Assembly (NCBI GenBank): GCA_016176465.1
Contig: JACOXD010000004.1
Span: forward strand, 50,119-114,118
Reading direction: 5' to 3'
Length of the DNA stretch: 64,000 nucleotides
From: Candidatus Daviesbacteria bacterium
GTDB taxonomy: Bacteria; Patescibacteriota; Microgenomatia; Daviesbacterales; UBA10151
Made by a program: the position numbers and the translations under genes. Below the pieces are notes generated by a model that saw only the letters and a program-made list of their open reading frames with translations, was not told the DNA's origin and ran no database searches. Each line of letters starts with the position of its first letter. The first letter of the stretch is position 1. Shown here piece by piece: positions 34,063 through 44,664 of this stretch.

Positions 34063-35292
34063 CTACTCTTTTTTCTCTTCAGCACCGCTCTCTTTTTTTT
34101 CTTCCTCTTTAACAGCTTTATCTAATTTGTTAGTGGTTACATCATCTGTTGCTTGAGCCGAAGCACCAGCTTGAGTATCCTCTACCACATCTTTGTCTTC
34201 TTTTGTTCCTTCTTCCTTGCCCGCCGTAGCCTTGCTCGGTCTTCGAAGCTCCGGCGAAGGAGGCGCGGAGGCGGGTTTATCACCTTCTGCTTCCTTAACC
34301 GTACCATCTTCACTAACTTCTGCACTCTCCCCTGTTCCTTCAATATCTATTTTCCAACCTGTTAATTTAGCGGCTAATCTGACATTTTGTCCTCCCTTAC
34401 CAATAGCTAATGATAATTGATTATCAGGAATTTTAACCTTGGCAATTTTAGTTTCTTCATCCAAAAAAACTTGAATATCTTTGGCAGGCGATAGCGCTGC
34501 CACTATAAACCTGGCTGGATCATCAGAGTAAGAAACTATATCTATTTTTTCCTCACCCAATTCATTCATTACAGCCTGGACCCTAACTCCTTTTTGCCCA
34601 ACCAATGAACCTACAGGATCAACCCCTTCTTGAGAAGAAACAGCAGCTAACTTAGTTCTTCCTCCTGCTTCTCTGGCAATCTCTTTAATTTCAACTGCTC
34701 CTGATTGGATCTCCGGAACCTCTATAGCAAATAAACCCTTAACCAATCCTGCATCAGATCTTGAGACAATAATCTCCGGTCCTCTACCCGATTCTCTAAT
34801 CTCTTTGATATAAAATTTTAAGCGCTGGTTAGGCACGTAGGATTCATTTCTAGATTGCTCGGGAGGAGGCATTATCCCTTCCGCCCTACCTAAATCAATA
34901 AAATAAGTATTTCCTTCCTGGCGCTGGATCAAACCGGAAACTATCGCTCCTACTTTTTGTGCATACTCATCCATAATTGCTCCTTTTTCAGCTTCATTTA
35001 ATCTTTGGGTAATAACTTGTTTGGCTGTTTGAGCGGCAATTCTGGCAAATCCTGGAGGGGTGACATTTTTGTCACCACTATTGATAGTAATCTCACCACT
35101 TTGAGGATCAATTTTAGCCTCATATTCTTCAATATCCTCAGGAATAACTTCCCCTCTTAAAGATAAATCTTTACGATAAGCAGCCAGTGCAGCCTGTCTA
35201 ATAGCATCCAAAACTACATCAATCTCAACCCCTTTTTCCGAGGCTATTTGATTTATCGCTGCTGCAAATTCTGTTCGTGCCTGTATAGGCAT
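34063..35292 (-). CDS. nusA: Transcription termination/antitermination factor NusA with an acidic C-terminal tail
   Basis: NusA N-domain, S1, two KH domains. Confidence 0.88.
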   Translation of the reverse strand: MPIQARTEFAAAINQIASEKGVEIDVVLDAIRQAALAAYRKDLSLRGEVIPEDIEEYEAKIDPQSGEITINSGDKNVTPPGFARIAAQTAKQVITQRLNEAEKGAIMDEYAQKVGAIVSGLIQRQEGNTYFIDLGRAEGIMPPPEQSRNESYVPNQRLKFYIKEIRESGRGPEIIVSRSDAGLVKGLFAIEVPEIQSGAVEIKEIAREAGGRTKLAAVSSQEGVDPVGSLVGQKGVRVQAVMNELGEEKIDIVSYSDDPARFIVAALSPAKDIQVFLDEETKIAKVKIPDNQLSLAIGKGGQNVRLAAKLTGWKIDIEGTGESAEVSEDGTVKEAEGDKPASAPPSPELRRPSKATAGKEEGTKEDKDVVEDTQAGASAQATDDVTTNKLDKAVKEEEKKESGAEEKKE

Positions 35293-35298
35293 AAATTT

Positions 35299-35322
35299 AA
35301 AAAAGGTGGGGCAAGCCCACCT
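35299..35322 (-). terminator. Terminator-like hairpin plus U-run 10 nt upstream of the nusA ATG (candidate leader attenuator)
   Basis: Minus strand: aggugggcuugccccaccu followed by uuuuuuaaauuuAUG. Confidence 0.4.
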
Positions 35323-35436
35323 CTTACCTTCCTTTCTAACTCAACCTATTTTAGTCTTCTAAGCCTATTTAGTCAACCCTGTGTAAGCTAATTTTAAGTT
35401 CTTTTAATCCTTCAGAAAAAGTATTATATTACCATT

Positions 35437-36186
35437 ATGGAAAGTTGGCTTTTATATACGCTTATTGCAATTATAGTCATCATAATTTTATCGGGAATTA
35501 AAATCATTGACCAATATGAAAGAGGGGTTGTTTTAACACTAGGATCATTCACAGGAGTTTTAAACCCGGGATTAAGAATTGTTATTCCGATAATCCAAAG
35601 ATTAATTAAAGTCGATATGAGGATTACCACTTTGGATATCCCTCAACAGGAAGTTATTACCAAGGATAATGTGCCAGTTGGCATTAATGCAGTAGTTTAC
35701 TTTCAGGTAGAAAAGCCAGACGATGCTGTCTTGAAAATTCAAGATTTTTCTTATGCCATTATGCAGTATGCTCAAACTGCGCTAAGGGATGTAATTGGTG
35801 GGGTGGAGCTTGATACATTACTCACTGAGCGAGAAAAATTAGCCGAGCAAATCAAAGCTATTGTTGATAAAGAGACAGACCAATGGGGAGTTAATATGAC
35901 TTCTATAAAGATGCAAGATATTACATTGCCTCAGGATATGAAAAGGGTGATGGCCAAACAAGCTGAGGCGGAAAGGGAGCGAAGAGCTACAATCATTAGA
36001 GCAGAAGGAGAAAGATCAGCTGCTAAAAATTTAAAAGAAGCTATGGAGATTATGGATAGATCTGGAGCAATCTCTTTAAGAACCTTGCAAACCATAGAAT
36101 CAACTAATACTAATCCTCAATCTACTGTAATTTTTACGCTTCCTACAGAGATTTTAGCTGGTTTGAAGCAATTTCTGAAGCGCTAA
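35437..36186 (+). CDS. SPFH/band-7 (stomatin/prohibitin-like) membrane protein
   Basis: N-terminal TM, SPFH domain, Ala/Glu-rich coiled coil AKQAEAERERRATIIRAEGE. Confidence 0.75.
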   Translation: MESWLLYTLIAIIVIIILSGIKIIDQYERGVVLTLGSFTGVLNPGLRIVIPIIQRLIKVDMRITTLDIPQQEVITKDNVPVGINAVVYFQVEKPDDAVLKIQDFSYAIMQYAQTALRDVIGGVELDTLLTEREKLAEQIKAIVDKETDQWGVNMTSIKMQDITLPQDMKRVMAKQAEAERERRATIIRAEGERSAAKNLKEAMEIMDRSGAISLRTLQTIESTNTNPQSTVIFTLPTEILAGLKQFLKR

Positions 36187-36273
36187 TAGTGAAGTCCTTT
36201 TCTGATCTTTTAAGAAATTTAAGTTTTATATCTTTAGGAATTTTCTGTGTTACCCTTTTTCCAATTAAATAAT

Positions 36274-37218
36274 CTAAAACCAGCCTTTTTTCTTAGGTTT
36301 TAAGGAAGCTAATGTTTGATATAACTCTTTTTCCTCTGCAGATAAACTCTTAGGTACCTCAAGCCTAACTCTAACAAAATGATCTCCCCGACCTCCTCTT
36401 AAATTGAAAACTCCCTTTCCTTTTAATCTAATTAAGGCTCCTGCTTCTGTTCCTCCTGGAACTTTTACCTTAACTTTTCCATCTATAGTATTAACCTCTA
36501 TTGTATCTCCTAAAACAACTTGAGGGATTGTTAATATTCTTTCTGTAAAAATATCTGCGCCTTCTCTTAAAAACTCAGAGTGGCGTTTTACTCTAAAAAC
36601 AATATCTACATCTCCAAATCTCATCCTGGTTCCATTATCTACACCAGCTGGGACTTTAATAGTCATTCGCTCTCTTGTTCTTTTACTATTCCCTTCAATT
36701 CTTTCAATCTCTATATCTTTAGTAACTCCATGAACTGCCTCATCAAAAGTTAGATCCATCTGGAAACTTTGTCTTCTTCTAAAACCCTGGCTAAATTGTT
36801 CAGCAAATCCTCCCCCAAAAATTTGCTCAAATAAATCAAATGGGTCTACAAATCCACCACTTCCTTGCCCTCCACTACTGCTCCAAGAGTAGCTAAACCC
36901 ACCTTGTCCAAAGGGCCCGCCCTGAGTCCCACCGAATGGATTAAAACCTTCTCCAAATCCAGCGCCAGATGGACCACCAAATCCTGAGGCTCCTGGGCCA
37001 AAGGCACTATGGCCAAACTGGTCATAAGTTTTTCTTTTGCTTGAATCAGATAAAACTTGATAAGCTTCAGAAATCTCTTTAAATTTTTCAGCTGATCCCG
37101 GCGATTTATCTATATCAGGATGATGTTTTCTTGCGAGCTTCCTATAAGCACTTTTAATTTCTGCATCTGGTGCGCTTTTAGGTATGCCTAATACTTCATA
37201 ATAATCTTTTTTAGCCAT
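36274..37218 (-). CDS. dnaJ: DnaJ-family co-chaperone without a Cys-rich zinc finger (CbpA-like)
   Basis: J-domain HPD, G/F-rich region, C-terminal substrate-binding domains; no CxxCxGxG repeats. Confidence 0.7.
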   Translation of the reverse strand: MAKKDYYEVLGIPKSAPDAEIKSAYRKLARKHHPDIDKSPGSAEKFKEISEAYQVLSDSSKRKTYDQFGHSAFGPGASGFGGPSGAGFGEGFNPFGGTQGGPFGQGGFSYSWSSSGGQGSGGFVDPFDLFEQIFGGGFAEQFSQGFRRRQSFQMDLTFDEAVHGVTKDIEIERIEGNSKRTRERMTIKVPAGVDNGTRMRFGDVDIVFRVKRHSEFLREGADIFTERILTIPQVVLGDTIEVNTIDGKVKVKVPGGTEAGALIRLKGKGVFNLRGGRGDHFVRVRLEVPKSLSAEEKELYQTLASLKPKKKGWF

Positions 37219-37231
37219 TAGTTTATTTTTG

Positions 37232-37813
37232 TCATTCCGTGCTTGACACGGAATCCATATTATAACTCTTTAATGTGTTTAGATTATCTGGTAAATGATC
37301 CATACCTTCAAACTCCCTAACAACAATAGACTTTATTTTTTTCTTTAACTTAGGATCAATATAAGGATAAACCATTTCTTCCTCCCCACCAATGCTTTCA
37401 CAATCATCTTCTATATAGATATCAGGCACTAGACTTTCTACTATATCTTTATACTCTTCCCCTTGTTGCCTAAAATAAAGATTCTTTTGATCTGGAAAAT
37501 TAAACTTTTTTAAAACATCTTTTATATCTTCAATTTCCTTTTTGATTCTTCTGGATGTTAAATACATTATAACTACTCCTTGGTTTTTCCAAGTTGTTAT
37601 CTTTTGAACTGCATTACTAATTGGAATATAGCTAGCATAGTCATGAACAGACCCAGGTGGAATTTCATGCGTTATATTTGTTCCATATTTTAGAGTGTTT
37701 TCCTCTCTTTGGACACCAGCTTCATGAGAGCGTTTTACTCTTTCTTGACGATTCAAACCCTTAGCATTTTGATACATTAGGATTGTCCCTTCTGTAAAAA
37801 TTAGTACTTTCAT
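37232..37813 (-). CDS. Hypothetical protein inserted between dnaK and dnaJ (start moved to MKVLIF, 193 aa)
   Basis: The listed 226-aa ORF runs through a terminator and a repeat element at its 5' end; the internal Met at 37813 avoids both. Confidence 0.35.
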   Translation of the reverse strand: MKVLIFTEGTILMYQNAKGLNRQERVKRSHEAGVQREENTLKYGTNITHEIPPGSVHDYASYIPISNAVQKITTWKNQGVVIMYLTSRRIKKEIEDIKDVLKKFNFPDQKNLYFRQQGEEYKDIVESLVPDIYIEDDCESIGGEEEMVYPYIDPKLKKKIKSIVVREFEGMDHLPDNLNTLKSYNMDSVSSTE

Positions 37814-37816
37814 AAT

Positions 37817-37846
37817 CAAAAAAGCCTCGGAGATCTTCCGAGGCGA
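37817..37846 (-). terminator. Intrinsic terminator downstream of dnaK
   Basis: Minus strand: gccucggaagaucuccgaggc followed by UUUUUU. Confidence 0.5.
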
Positions 37847-37848
37847 TT

Positions 37849-37960
37849 TGTCATTCTGATCCTGAGCGTAGCCGAAGGAGAAGAATCTCAAGATTAGATC
37901 CTTCTGGTTCAATAGACCATCAGGTCTTCGACCCTGAGGCTCAGACCCGAAGGGATGATA
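37849..37960. repeat. Composite MITE/REP-like element between dnaK and the downstream ORF
   Basis: tgtcattctga + tcctgagcgtagccgaagga + gaagaatct...agatccttc + GC-rich tail. Confidence 0.7.
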
Positions 37961-37962
37961 GT

Positions 37963-39900
37963 TTATTCCTTTTCTTTTTTCTCCTCTCCAGCCTCATCCA
38001 CTACTTGTCCTTCAACCACATCCTCCTTCGGAGCTTGCGAGGACTCTTCCTCTTTTTTATCTTCAGAACCTGACTGACTTGCTTGTCCTTCGGTAGCTCC
38101 TGGAGCGGAGGAGGAGTACATAGCTGCTCCTACTTTTTGAATAGCCTCAGACAGCGCATCCATCTTGGGTTTTAAATCCGAAGTAGTAGCAGTTTGGACA
38201 ACTCCTTTTAGATCATTTAATTTTTGCTCAACGTCTGTTCTGACCTCAGGAGAAACTTTATCTCCAGCCTCTTTAAGAGTCCGCTCAGTTGTAAAAATTA
38301 ATGTATCTGCTTGATTTCTTACCTCTATTTCTTCTTTTTTCTTTCTATCTTCCTCAGCATTAGCTTCAGCTTCTTTAGTCATCCGTTCAACTTCTGCCTT
38401 ATCCAAACCTGTTGAACCAGTGATAGTTATTTTTTGCACTTTTTCAGTTGCTTTATCTTTTGCAGATACATTTAAAATTCCATTGGCATCAATATCAAAA
38501 GTAACCTCAATTTGAGGAATACCTCTAGGGGAGGGTGGAATTCCATCAAGTACAAATTTACCCAAAGATTTATTATCTGCTGCCATTGGCCTTTCCCCTT
38601 GCAACACATTAATCTCAACTGCTGGTTGATTATCTGCAGCAGTTGAAAAAACTTCTGATTTAGATGAAGGAATAGTTGTGTTTCTTGGAATTAGCGGGGT
38701 AGAGACTCCACCTAAAGTTTCTATTCCTAAAGTTAGAGGGGTTACATCTAAAAGCAAGACGTCTTTGACCTCTCCACCCAAAACCCCACCTTGAATAGCT
38801 GCTCCGATTGCCACTACCTCATCAGGATTAATACCTTTATGAGGCTCTTTGCCAAAAAACTCAGAGACCTTTTTAGAAACTGCAGGCATTCTAGTCATTC
38901 CTCCTACTAAAACTACCTCCTCCACTTTAGATGATTCAATCTTGGCATCTTTTAAAGCAGATTTTACAGCCTCAAATGTTTTATCAATTAACTCAGAAAC
39001 CAAACTTTCTAGTTTAGCACGGGAAAGCTTTGTTTCTAAGTGTTTAGGACCAGAGTCAGTGGCTGTTACAAAAGGTATTGAGATATCTGTTTCCATAGAA
39101 GAAGAAAGCTCAATTTTAGCTTTTTCTGCAGCATCCCTTAATCTTTGTAGGGCTTGTCTGTCACCTTTTAAATCTATTCCTTCCTGTTTTTTAAACTCTT
39201 CTGCTAAAAAGTCAATAATTTTTTGATCAAAATCATCTCCACCTAAATGAGTATCACCATTGGTACTTTTAACCTCAAACACACCTTCACCCAGCTCTAA
39301 TATAGATATATCAAAGGTCCCACCACCTAAATCATAAACAGCAATGGTGTGTGAGTGAGCTTTATCTAATCCATAAGCAAGCGCTGCTGCTGTTGGTTCA
39401 TTTATAATTCGGGATACATTTAATCCTGCAATTTCTCCTGCTTGTTTTGTAGCCTGGCGCTGTGAATCATCAAAATATGCTGGGACTGTTATAACTGCAT
39501 CAGTTACTTTTTCACCTAAATAGGACTCTGCATCAGCTTTAATTTTTTGCAGAATTTGTGCAGAGATTTCCTGAGGAGTATATTCATGACCCTCAACTTC
39601 AACAACAGCCATGCCATTTTTACCTTCTTTAATAGTGTAAGGAAGCCACTTTATATCCCGCTGAACCTCAGGATCACTAAATTTCCTACCCATAAGACGC
39701 TTTACAGAAAAAATAGTTTCTTTTGGATTTACAATAGCCTGGCGCTTTGCAACGCGCCCTACAATATTTTTTGTAGGATTAACAACACTAGGGATAATAT
39801 TTTCTCCTTCAGCAGAGTGAATAACTTTGGGTTTTCCACCCTCCATTACAGCTACAGCACTATTTGTTGTTCCTAAATCAATTCCAACTATTTTTGCCAT
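37963..39900 (-). CDS. dnaK: Chaperone DnaK (Hsp70)
   Basis: [20 protein letters not shown], full-length Hsp70. Confidence 0.95.
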   Translation of the reverse strand: MAKIVGIDLGTTNSAVAVMEGGKPKVIHSAEGENIIPSVVNPTKNIVGRVAKRQAIVNPKETIFSVKRLMGRKFSDPEVQRDIKWLPYTIKEGKNGMAVVEVEGHEYTPQEISAQILQKIKADAESYLGEKVTDAVITVPAYFDDSQRQATKQAGEIAGLNVSRIINEPTAAALAYGLDKAHSHTIAVYDLGGGTFDISILELGEGVFEVKSTNGDTHLGGDDFDQKIIDFLAEEFKKQEGIDLKGDRQALQRLRDAAEKAKIELSSSMETDISIPFVTATDSGPKHLETKLSRAKLESLVSELIDKTFEAVKSALKDAKIESSKVEEVVLVGGMTRMPAVSKKVSEFFGKEPHKGINPDEVVAIGAAIQGGVLGGEVKDVLLLDVTPLTLGIETLGGVSTPLIPRNTTIPSSKSEVFSTAADNQPAVEINVLQGERPMAADNKSLGKFVLDGIPPSPRGIPQIEVTFDIDANGILNVSAKDKATEKVQKITITGSTGLDKAEVERMTKEAEANAEEDRKKKEEIEVRNQADTLIFTTERTLKEAGDKVSPEVRTDVEQKLNDLKGVVQTATTSDLKPKMDALSEAIQKVGAAMYSSSAPGATEGQASQSGSEDKKEEESSQAPKEDVVEGQVVDEAGEEKKEKE

Positions 39901-39902
39901 AA

Positions 39903-40217
39903 TTAAGCTCCTCTCATTTCCTGACGTCTTTTTATCACATTAGGAATATCTTGTTCTCTATGCCAAACCTCAGTTCCTAAATTTCTTATATTATCTATAA
40001 AGCCACCAATTGGACCTCCAAATCTGACTCGTTTAAAACTTCTAAGTGTCTGCACGTAAGATTCGTTTCCAAATGGATTACCAATTTCCTCGTCTTTAAG
40101 ATCTGTCACTTCAACTCTATCTTCTCTATAAGCCTTTAAAGCATCAACAAACCATCTTACTGGACCAATTACAGTTTTTGCTACTTTTTCAGATATCATT
40201 CTTAGTTGTTCATTCAT
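39903..40217 (-). CDS. Hypothetical 104-aa protein encoded between grpE and dnaK
   Basis: ORF tightly abutting the dnaK start (2-nt gap); no recognisable domain. Confidence 0.4.
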   Translation of the reverse strand: MNEQLRMISEKVAKTVIGPVRWFVDALKAYREDRVEVTDLKDEEIGNPFGNESYVQTLRSFKRVRFGGPIGGFIDNIRNLGTEVWHREQDIPNVIKRRQEMRGA

Positions 40218-40263
40218 AATTTTGTATCACCACTCTCTAGGCAGCTTTTATCTGTTCTCTTTC

Positions 40264-40372
40264 TGTCATTCTGAACTTGATTCAGAATCTTTTCTGTCAT
40301 TTCGATACGTAAGTGAGAAATCTCCAGACTAATCTTGAGATCCTTCTCCGCCAGCTGGCGGATCAGGATAAC
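40264..40372. repeat. Tandem (truncated plus full) MITE/REP-like element containing the ccgccagctggcgg mini-hairpin
   Basis: tgtcattctgaacttgattcagaatc followed by tgtcatttcgatacgtaagtgagaaatct...gatccttctccgccagctggcggatcaggataac. Confidence 0.7.
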
Positions 40373-40929
40373 AATTCCTTCCTCCCTACAACTACCTTTG
40401 CAGGTTTAATCACTTTTCCCCCTAAAGTATACCCTTTTTCTACAATTTCTAAAATAATATTATCATCACCATCTTTGGTGTCAACTGCTTCATGAAGGCT
40501 GGGATCAAACCGGGTACCACCCGTCCCGTGCGAAGACACGGGATCTATCTCAATCTCCTCCAACCCTTCATCAGCTAATACTGCTTGAAGCTGTTGTAAA
40601 GCTAACTCCACTCCCCTAAACCAACCTGATTCTCTATCTTCCTCTGATGCTCCTTTAATTGCTTTTTCAAAATGATCCAAAACAGGCAATATTTTAATAA
40701 TTAAATTAGCATTTGCCCAAGAACTTAATTCACCTCTTGCCTCTTGAATTCTTTTTTCTAAATTTTGATAATCAGCAACTGCTCTTTTGAGTTGATTTCT
40801 GATATCTTCATGATCTACCTTTACTCTTGCCAACTCCTCCTGTAGCTCTTGTACCTCTGCTTTTTTAGTAGCTTGAGAAATTACATCATCATGAGTATTA
40901 TTTTGATTATCTTCTTTTTGTTTTTTCAT
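40363..40929 (-). CDS. grpE: Nucleotide exchange factor GrpE
   Basis: Coiled-coil N-terminus and GrpE C-terminal domain (GYTLGGKVIKPAKVVV). Confidence 0.85.
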   Translation of the reverse strand: MKKQKEDNQNNTHDDVISQATKKAEVQELQEELARVKVDHEDIRNQLKRAVADYQNLEKRIQEARGELSSWANANLIIKILPVLDHFEKAIKGASEEDRESGWFRGVELALQQLQAVLADEGLEEIEIDPVSSHGTGGTRFDPSLHEAVDTKDGDDNIILEIVEKGYTLGGKVIKPAKVVVGRKELLS

Positions 40930-40935
40930 AAGTTT

Positions 40936-41667
40936 CTACCAAGAATGCAATGCTTGCGATACTAAATTACTCATATATTTTACATAAGGTAGTACTACCG
41001 GAAAATTTAATCTGGCCGGGCCAATCACCCCCAAAACTCCATCCCTTTCCCCTCTTCCTTCAAACTTACAAAAAACAAAACTAGTTGGCCGCAAATATTC
41101 ATACTCCATATCTTCTCCAAATAAAATATGTATCGGATCCGCTCCCATCGCCTTGCCTAATATTTGATTTAGAGTTGGGAATTCATCAAATAAAGACAGT
41201 ACAAATCTAGTTACATCAATATCGGAAAATTCCGGCCAATCTAAAATATTGGCTGCTCCTGCATAAAAAATTTCTCCATCCTCATTTACAGCTAGTGCCA
41301 AAATACTACAACGGTTGGCTAGCGAGCGAACTGCTGCTTTTAATAATCTGTTTTCTTCGTGACGAGATTGCCAAAGATTCTCTTTAAGTGAAACTTCCGC
41401 TGAAACAGGAAGTTCCTTTTCCTTCATCAATTCGGCAATGTAAACTCGATACCCCATTGATGTGGGAATCCTACCAGCACTGGTGTGGGGTTGTTTTAAA
41501 TAACCATCTTGAGTCAAACGAACCATCTCATGGCGGATGGTGGCAGGGGAGACTCCTAAGTTAAACTCTTTATCAACATTTTCGCTCCCAACAGGTTCTC
41601 CGCTTTTAACATAAAACTCAACTATGGCTTTGAGTAAATCTTTTTGTCTATCGTTTAAATCTGACAT
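40936..41667 (-). CDS. hrcA: Heat-inducible transcription repressor HrcA (short)
   Basis: N-terminal winged HTH and HrcA family similarity, 243 aa. Confidence 0.8.
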   Translation of the reverse strand: MSDLNDRQKDLLKAIVEFYVKSGEPVGSENVDKEFNLGVSPATIRHEMVRLTQDGYLKQPHTSAGRIPTSMGYRVYIAELMKEKELPVSAEVSLKENLWQSRHEENRLLKAAVRSLANRCSILALAVNEDGEIFYAGAANILDWPEFSDIDVTRFVLSLFDEFPTLNQILGKAMGADPIHILFGEDMEYEYLRPTSFVFCKFEGRGERDGVLGVIGPARLNFPVVLPYVKYMSNLVSQALHSW

Positions 41668-41676
41668 AATTTTTAA

Positions 41677-41703
41677 TTAGCACTAATATACCAAGAGTGC
41701 TAA
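41677..41703. promoter_or_regulatory. CIRCE operator (TTAGCACT-N10-GAGTGCTAA)
   Basis: ttagcactaatataccaagagtgctaa lies 10 nt upstream of the hrcA start. Confidence 0.85.
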
Positions 41704-41762
41704 TATATGTCAAGTAGTCTATTTAGTTTGCTTAGCTGGTAATTTGTATTTATAATTTATTT

Positions 41763-42164
41763 ATGGAATCAACTAATAATCCCCTGCAAGAATATAGGTT
41801 TATTCCCCATTATCATGGTGATAAAGTAAGAATTTTATTTATAATTGCTGGTATAATCATGATCCTTGGACTTCCTTTTTTCCAAGAGCTAATTCACTTA
41901 CCCCTGTATAGTTCTTTTTTAGGAATTCTAGCACTTGGTTTTATAGCAGGGCTCACCAATCCCCGCCAAATGTGGGTTGCGCTCCTTGATACATGTATTT
42001 CCATAGCAGCTTTAGTAATTTTTGAGTACTACGCAATCCATAGTTTCAATCAAGAAAGTCTAATATTTTTTTGGACAAATCAAATTTTAGCCTTACTTTT
42101 TTTTGCTGCTTTATATTTCTCCACCAAAACTTTAAGAGGATTTTTCTTTAGGAAACCAAAATAA
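41763..42164 (+). CDS. 4-TM membrane protein, hypothetical
   Basis: Hydrophobic helices only; no domain recognised. Confidence 0.35.
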   Translation: MESTNNPLQEYRFIPHYHGDKVRILFIIAGIIMILGLPFFQELIHLPLYSSFLGILALGFIAGLTNPRQMWVALLDTCISIAALVIFEYYAIHSFNQESLIFFWTNQILALLFFAALYFSTKTLRGFFFRKPK

Positions 42165-42771
42165 ATTTAGTAGTTTTATAATATCTAGGATCTGAGTGCA
42201 AAGTTAAATCTCTGGAGTTTAAAACCCTATCTATATTAATAATCCCATCCATATGATCTATTTCATGTTGGAAAACCCTATTTAGAATTTTTCCCAATTT
42301 AGTATTATCTTTGGTATTCCAATAATTTTTATTTCCTTTTTCATCAAAATATTCAAACTCTATCCATGAGGGTCTAACAGTTGGAGCAACGATAGGGTGA
42401 GTGCTCATACACATTTCTTTATATAAATATTTTTTCTTTGAAACTTTAGTAATTTTAGGATTAATAATGATCTGGTATTTTTCAGGAGTGTAAATTACGG
42501 AAAATTTCTCAGGGATGCCAACTTGGACTGCAGTTATGCCCCTACCTACTCTTGTTAATTTTCTATATTTAATTAAACATTTTTTTAAATACCTAAATTT
42601 TGCTTGGTATTCTTTTGTGTTAATTTTATTTAAAGGAACATCGATAGATCGTTTTCTTAAATCTTTATACTCGCCAATTTGATAAATAAAATCAGCAACC
42701 AAAGCTGCATGATGAGCAACTTGCTTTTTAAATCTCCTATTTGGTGCTAATTTTTTCTTCCAAGTTTTCAT
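42148..42771 (-). CDS. def: Peptide deformylase
   Basis: GRGITAVQVG, EMCMS (EGCLS-like), QHEIDHMDG. Confidence 0.8.
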   Translation of the reverse strand: MKTWKKKLAPNRRFKKQVAHHAALVADFIYQIGEYKDLRKRSIDVPLNKINTKEYQAKFRYLKKCLIKYRKLTRVGRGITAVQVGIPEKFSVIYTPEKYQIIINPKITKVSKKKYLYKEMCMSTHPIVAPTVRPSWIEFEYFDEKGNKNYWNTKDNTKLGKILNRVFQHEIDHMDGIINIDRVLNSRDLTLHSDPRYYKTTKFILVS

Positions 42772-42807
42772 TGGCGAAAGTATACACTAGAAGCTAACGT
42801 AGGAAAA

Positions 42808-44043
42808 CTAAATGAGTTTTTTATCCTTTAAGGATATATAAAACCTTTTTCTTTCAATTAAAATAGCCCCCATTCCAACTAAAATTGAAACAAACATTAT
42901 TATCCAACCTATAACGGGAATTAAAGTTAGGACTTCATAAATTATTAAACCAACAATAAAAGCAATACTTAAATTTATCTTTCTATTGGTTAAGTCCATT
43001 AATTTTTGCCCAATTAACATCATTATAAAAAGTGGTGATATATATAAAAGTATTAGATAAATTACTAATAAAATTAAAGCTAATGGCAATCCAACAATGG
43101 TAATCAATAAAACAAAGATCAAGAAAGGTGTAAGAATTAATGCTAAAAATCCAACAAATAATGAAAGCCAAGGGCGCTCCGAAATTAGATTAACATTTTT
43201 CTGAGTATAAATTGGAACTAAATTAATAAGTAAAACTCCTATTATTAATAAAGAAAGTGCGCTAAATAATTTTACAAAGAAGCCAAATCGAGCAATTTGA
43301 CCGGCAATTTTTTCTTTATCTAATCTTTCTTTGGGGAAACTTAATTGTCTAATTTCTCCCGATATAGTTGCACCTGGTTGTAAGTCCAACGGATCTGAGC
43401 TAAAGTATTTTATATCCCCCGCTACATTTGCATTTGAAGTTAACATTAATTTTCCCACCCCTGCTAATACATCCCCGCTTACTGTACTTGCCAAAGTTAG
43501 CTGTCCAGCTCCAGCAGTTATGTCCTTAGGAACTGGTGCAAAAATATTTAAAGAACCTGCTCCGGAAACTATCGATCCTCCAATAACTGCTGAATCAGAA
43601 ATATTAACTACTCCACCAAAAACAGTAATATTTCTACCCACCTCTCCGGTAATATTAACTTGCCCGCCACCTACTCTTAAATCATTACTTACTTTCCCTC
43701 TAATATTTACTGAACCTCCGGCAACTAAAAGATCACCATTTATATCCCCTTCCACTAATATATTTCCCCCTGCTAAATAAGCATCACCATTAATAGTTCC
43801 AGAAATTGTGATACTTTCTCCCATTGCAAAATAGTCTTTATTAATAATTTGATCTTTTGGTAAAACAATAGTTTCTTTTCGATCTATATTTTCTACTTGC
43901 CCTAAACCAGCAAGTGTTGGATTTTGCTCTTCTTCTACTTCAATTAAGGGTTCAGTTGGAATTATCTCTTGAGCCAAGATAGGGGTAACTAGCAAAAGGG
44001 GCAGAAGGATAATAATGAGTAAAGCTAAGATCCTTCTTATCAT
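42808..44043 (-). CDS. Secreted beta-helix repeat protein (bactofilin/DUF4097-like repeats) with a C-terminal polytopic membrane anchor
   Basis: Signal peptide; repeated G-D/N-h-x-h-x-G units (GDAYLAGGNILVEGDINGDLLVAGGSVNIRGKV...); 5-6 C-terminal TMs. Confidence 0.35.
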   Translation of the reverse strand: MIRRILALLIIILLPLLLVTPILAQEIIPTEPLIEVEEEQNPTLAGLGQVENIDRKETIVLPKDQIINKDYFAMGESITISGTINGDAYLAGGNILVEGDINGDLLVAGGSVNIRGKVSNDLRVGGGQVNITGEVGRNITVFGGVVNISDSAVIGGSIVSGAGSLNIFAPVPKDITAGAGQLTLASTVSGDVLAGVGKLMLTSNANVAGDIKYFSSDPLDLQPGATISGEIRQLSFPKERLDKEKIAGQIARFGFFVKLFSALSLLIIGVLLINLVPIYTQKNVNLISERPWLSLFVGFLALILTPFLIFVLLITIVGLPLALILLVIYLILLYISPLFIMMLIGQKLMDLTNRKINLSIAFIVGLIIYEVLTLIPVIGWIIMFVSILVGMGAILIERKRFYISLKDKKLI

Positions 44044-44138
44044 TTAAACTCCTCGAGAATAGTCAAATTAGCTTAACTTGTCAACTATTAAGAAATTATT
44101 GCATATTTTAATAATCTGGTTTATTATTCGGGGAATCT

Positions 44139-44663
44139 ATGGGTAAAGATAAAATCCAGCAAATTGAGCTAAAAACAAGAGATATCTTAGAGCAAGTTTT
44201 AGGAAAAATTATAGATCTAAAACCTCCTATTAATTTAGCCAAAGTTTTAGAGTATTTTGATGTTTCTTTAAGTCTGGCACGTTTTAAAGTTCCATCAGTT
44301 GCTGGAGCTTTTGATAAGAGATTAAAAATGATTTATCTATCAAAAGATGAACCATACAAAAGACAATTTTTTACAGCAGCTCATGAGTTAGGACACTTAG
44401 TTTTAAATCATAAAAAAAACTTTGATGTTTTTTATAGACAACAGCTTTCAGAGTTTAATGGTTTATCCGCCGAAGCTAGAGCGAAGGAGGGAAAAGCTTC
44501 TGAAGAAAAAGAAGCAAATTATTTTGCAGCATCCTTACTAATGCCCGAAGAATTAGTTAAAAAATTCTGGAATGAGAAAAAAGATATAGAACTTTTAGCA
44601 GCTTACTTTGGTGTCTCCCGTTCTGCTGCCTACTGGAGACTTAAAAACTTAAAGGTTATTTAA
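44139..44663 (+). CDS. ImmA/IrrE-family (DUF955) zinc metallopeptidase
   Basis: HELGHLVLNH (HExxH), EEKEANYFAASLLMP. Confidence 0.55.
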   Translation: MGKDKIQQIELKTRDILEQVLGKIIDLKPPINLAKVLEYFDVSLSLARFKVPSVAGAFDKRLKMIYLSKDEPYKRQFFTAAHELGHLVLNHKKNFDVFYRQQLSEFNGLSAEARAKEGKASEEKEANYFAASLLMPEELVKKFWNEKKDIELLAAYFGVSRSAAYWRLKNLKVI

Positions 44664-44664
44664 T

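Noticed and set aside
35424-35630. 68-aa minus-strand ORF overlapping the start of the SPFH gene
   Set aside because: It is antisense to the hydrophobic N-terminus of a well-supported gene; its own hydrophobicity is a mirror artefact
37880-37910. tRNA-like T-arm sequence ggttcaatagacc
   Set aside because: It lies inside the composite repeat element and is not flanked by acceptor-stem or anticodon-arm pairing. No tRNA cloverleaf could be built anywhere in the window
37232-37912. Listed 226-aa version of the dnaK-dnaJ spacer ORF
   Set aside because: Its first 33 codons read through an intrinsic terminator and a MITE-like element. The internal Met at 37813 (MKVLIF...) is the more plausible start, so the feature was shortened
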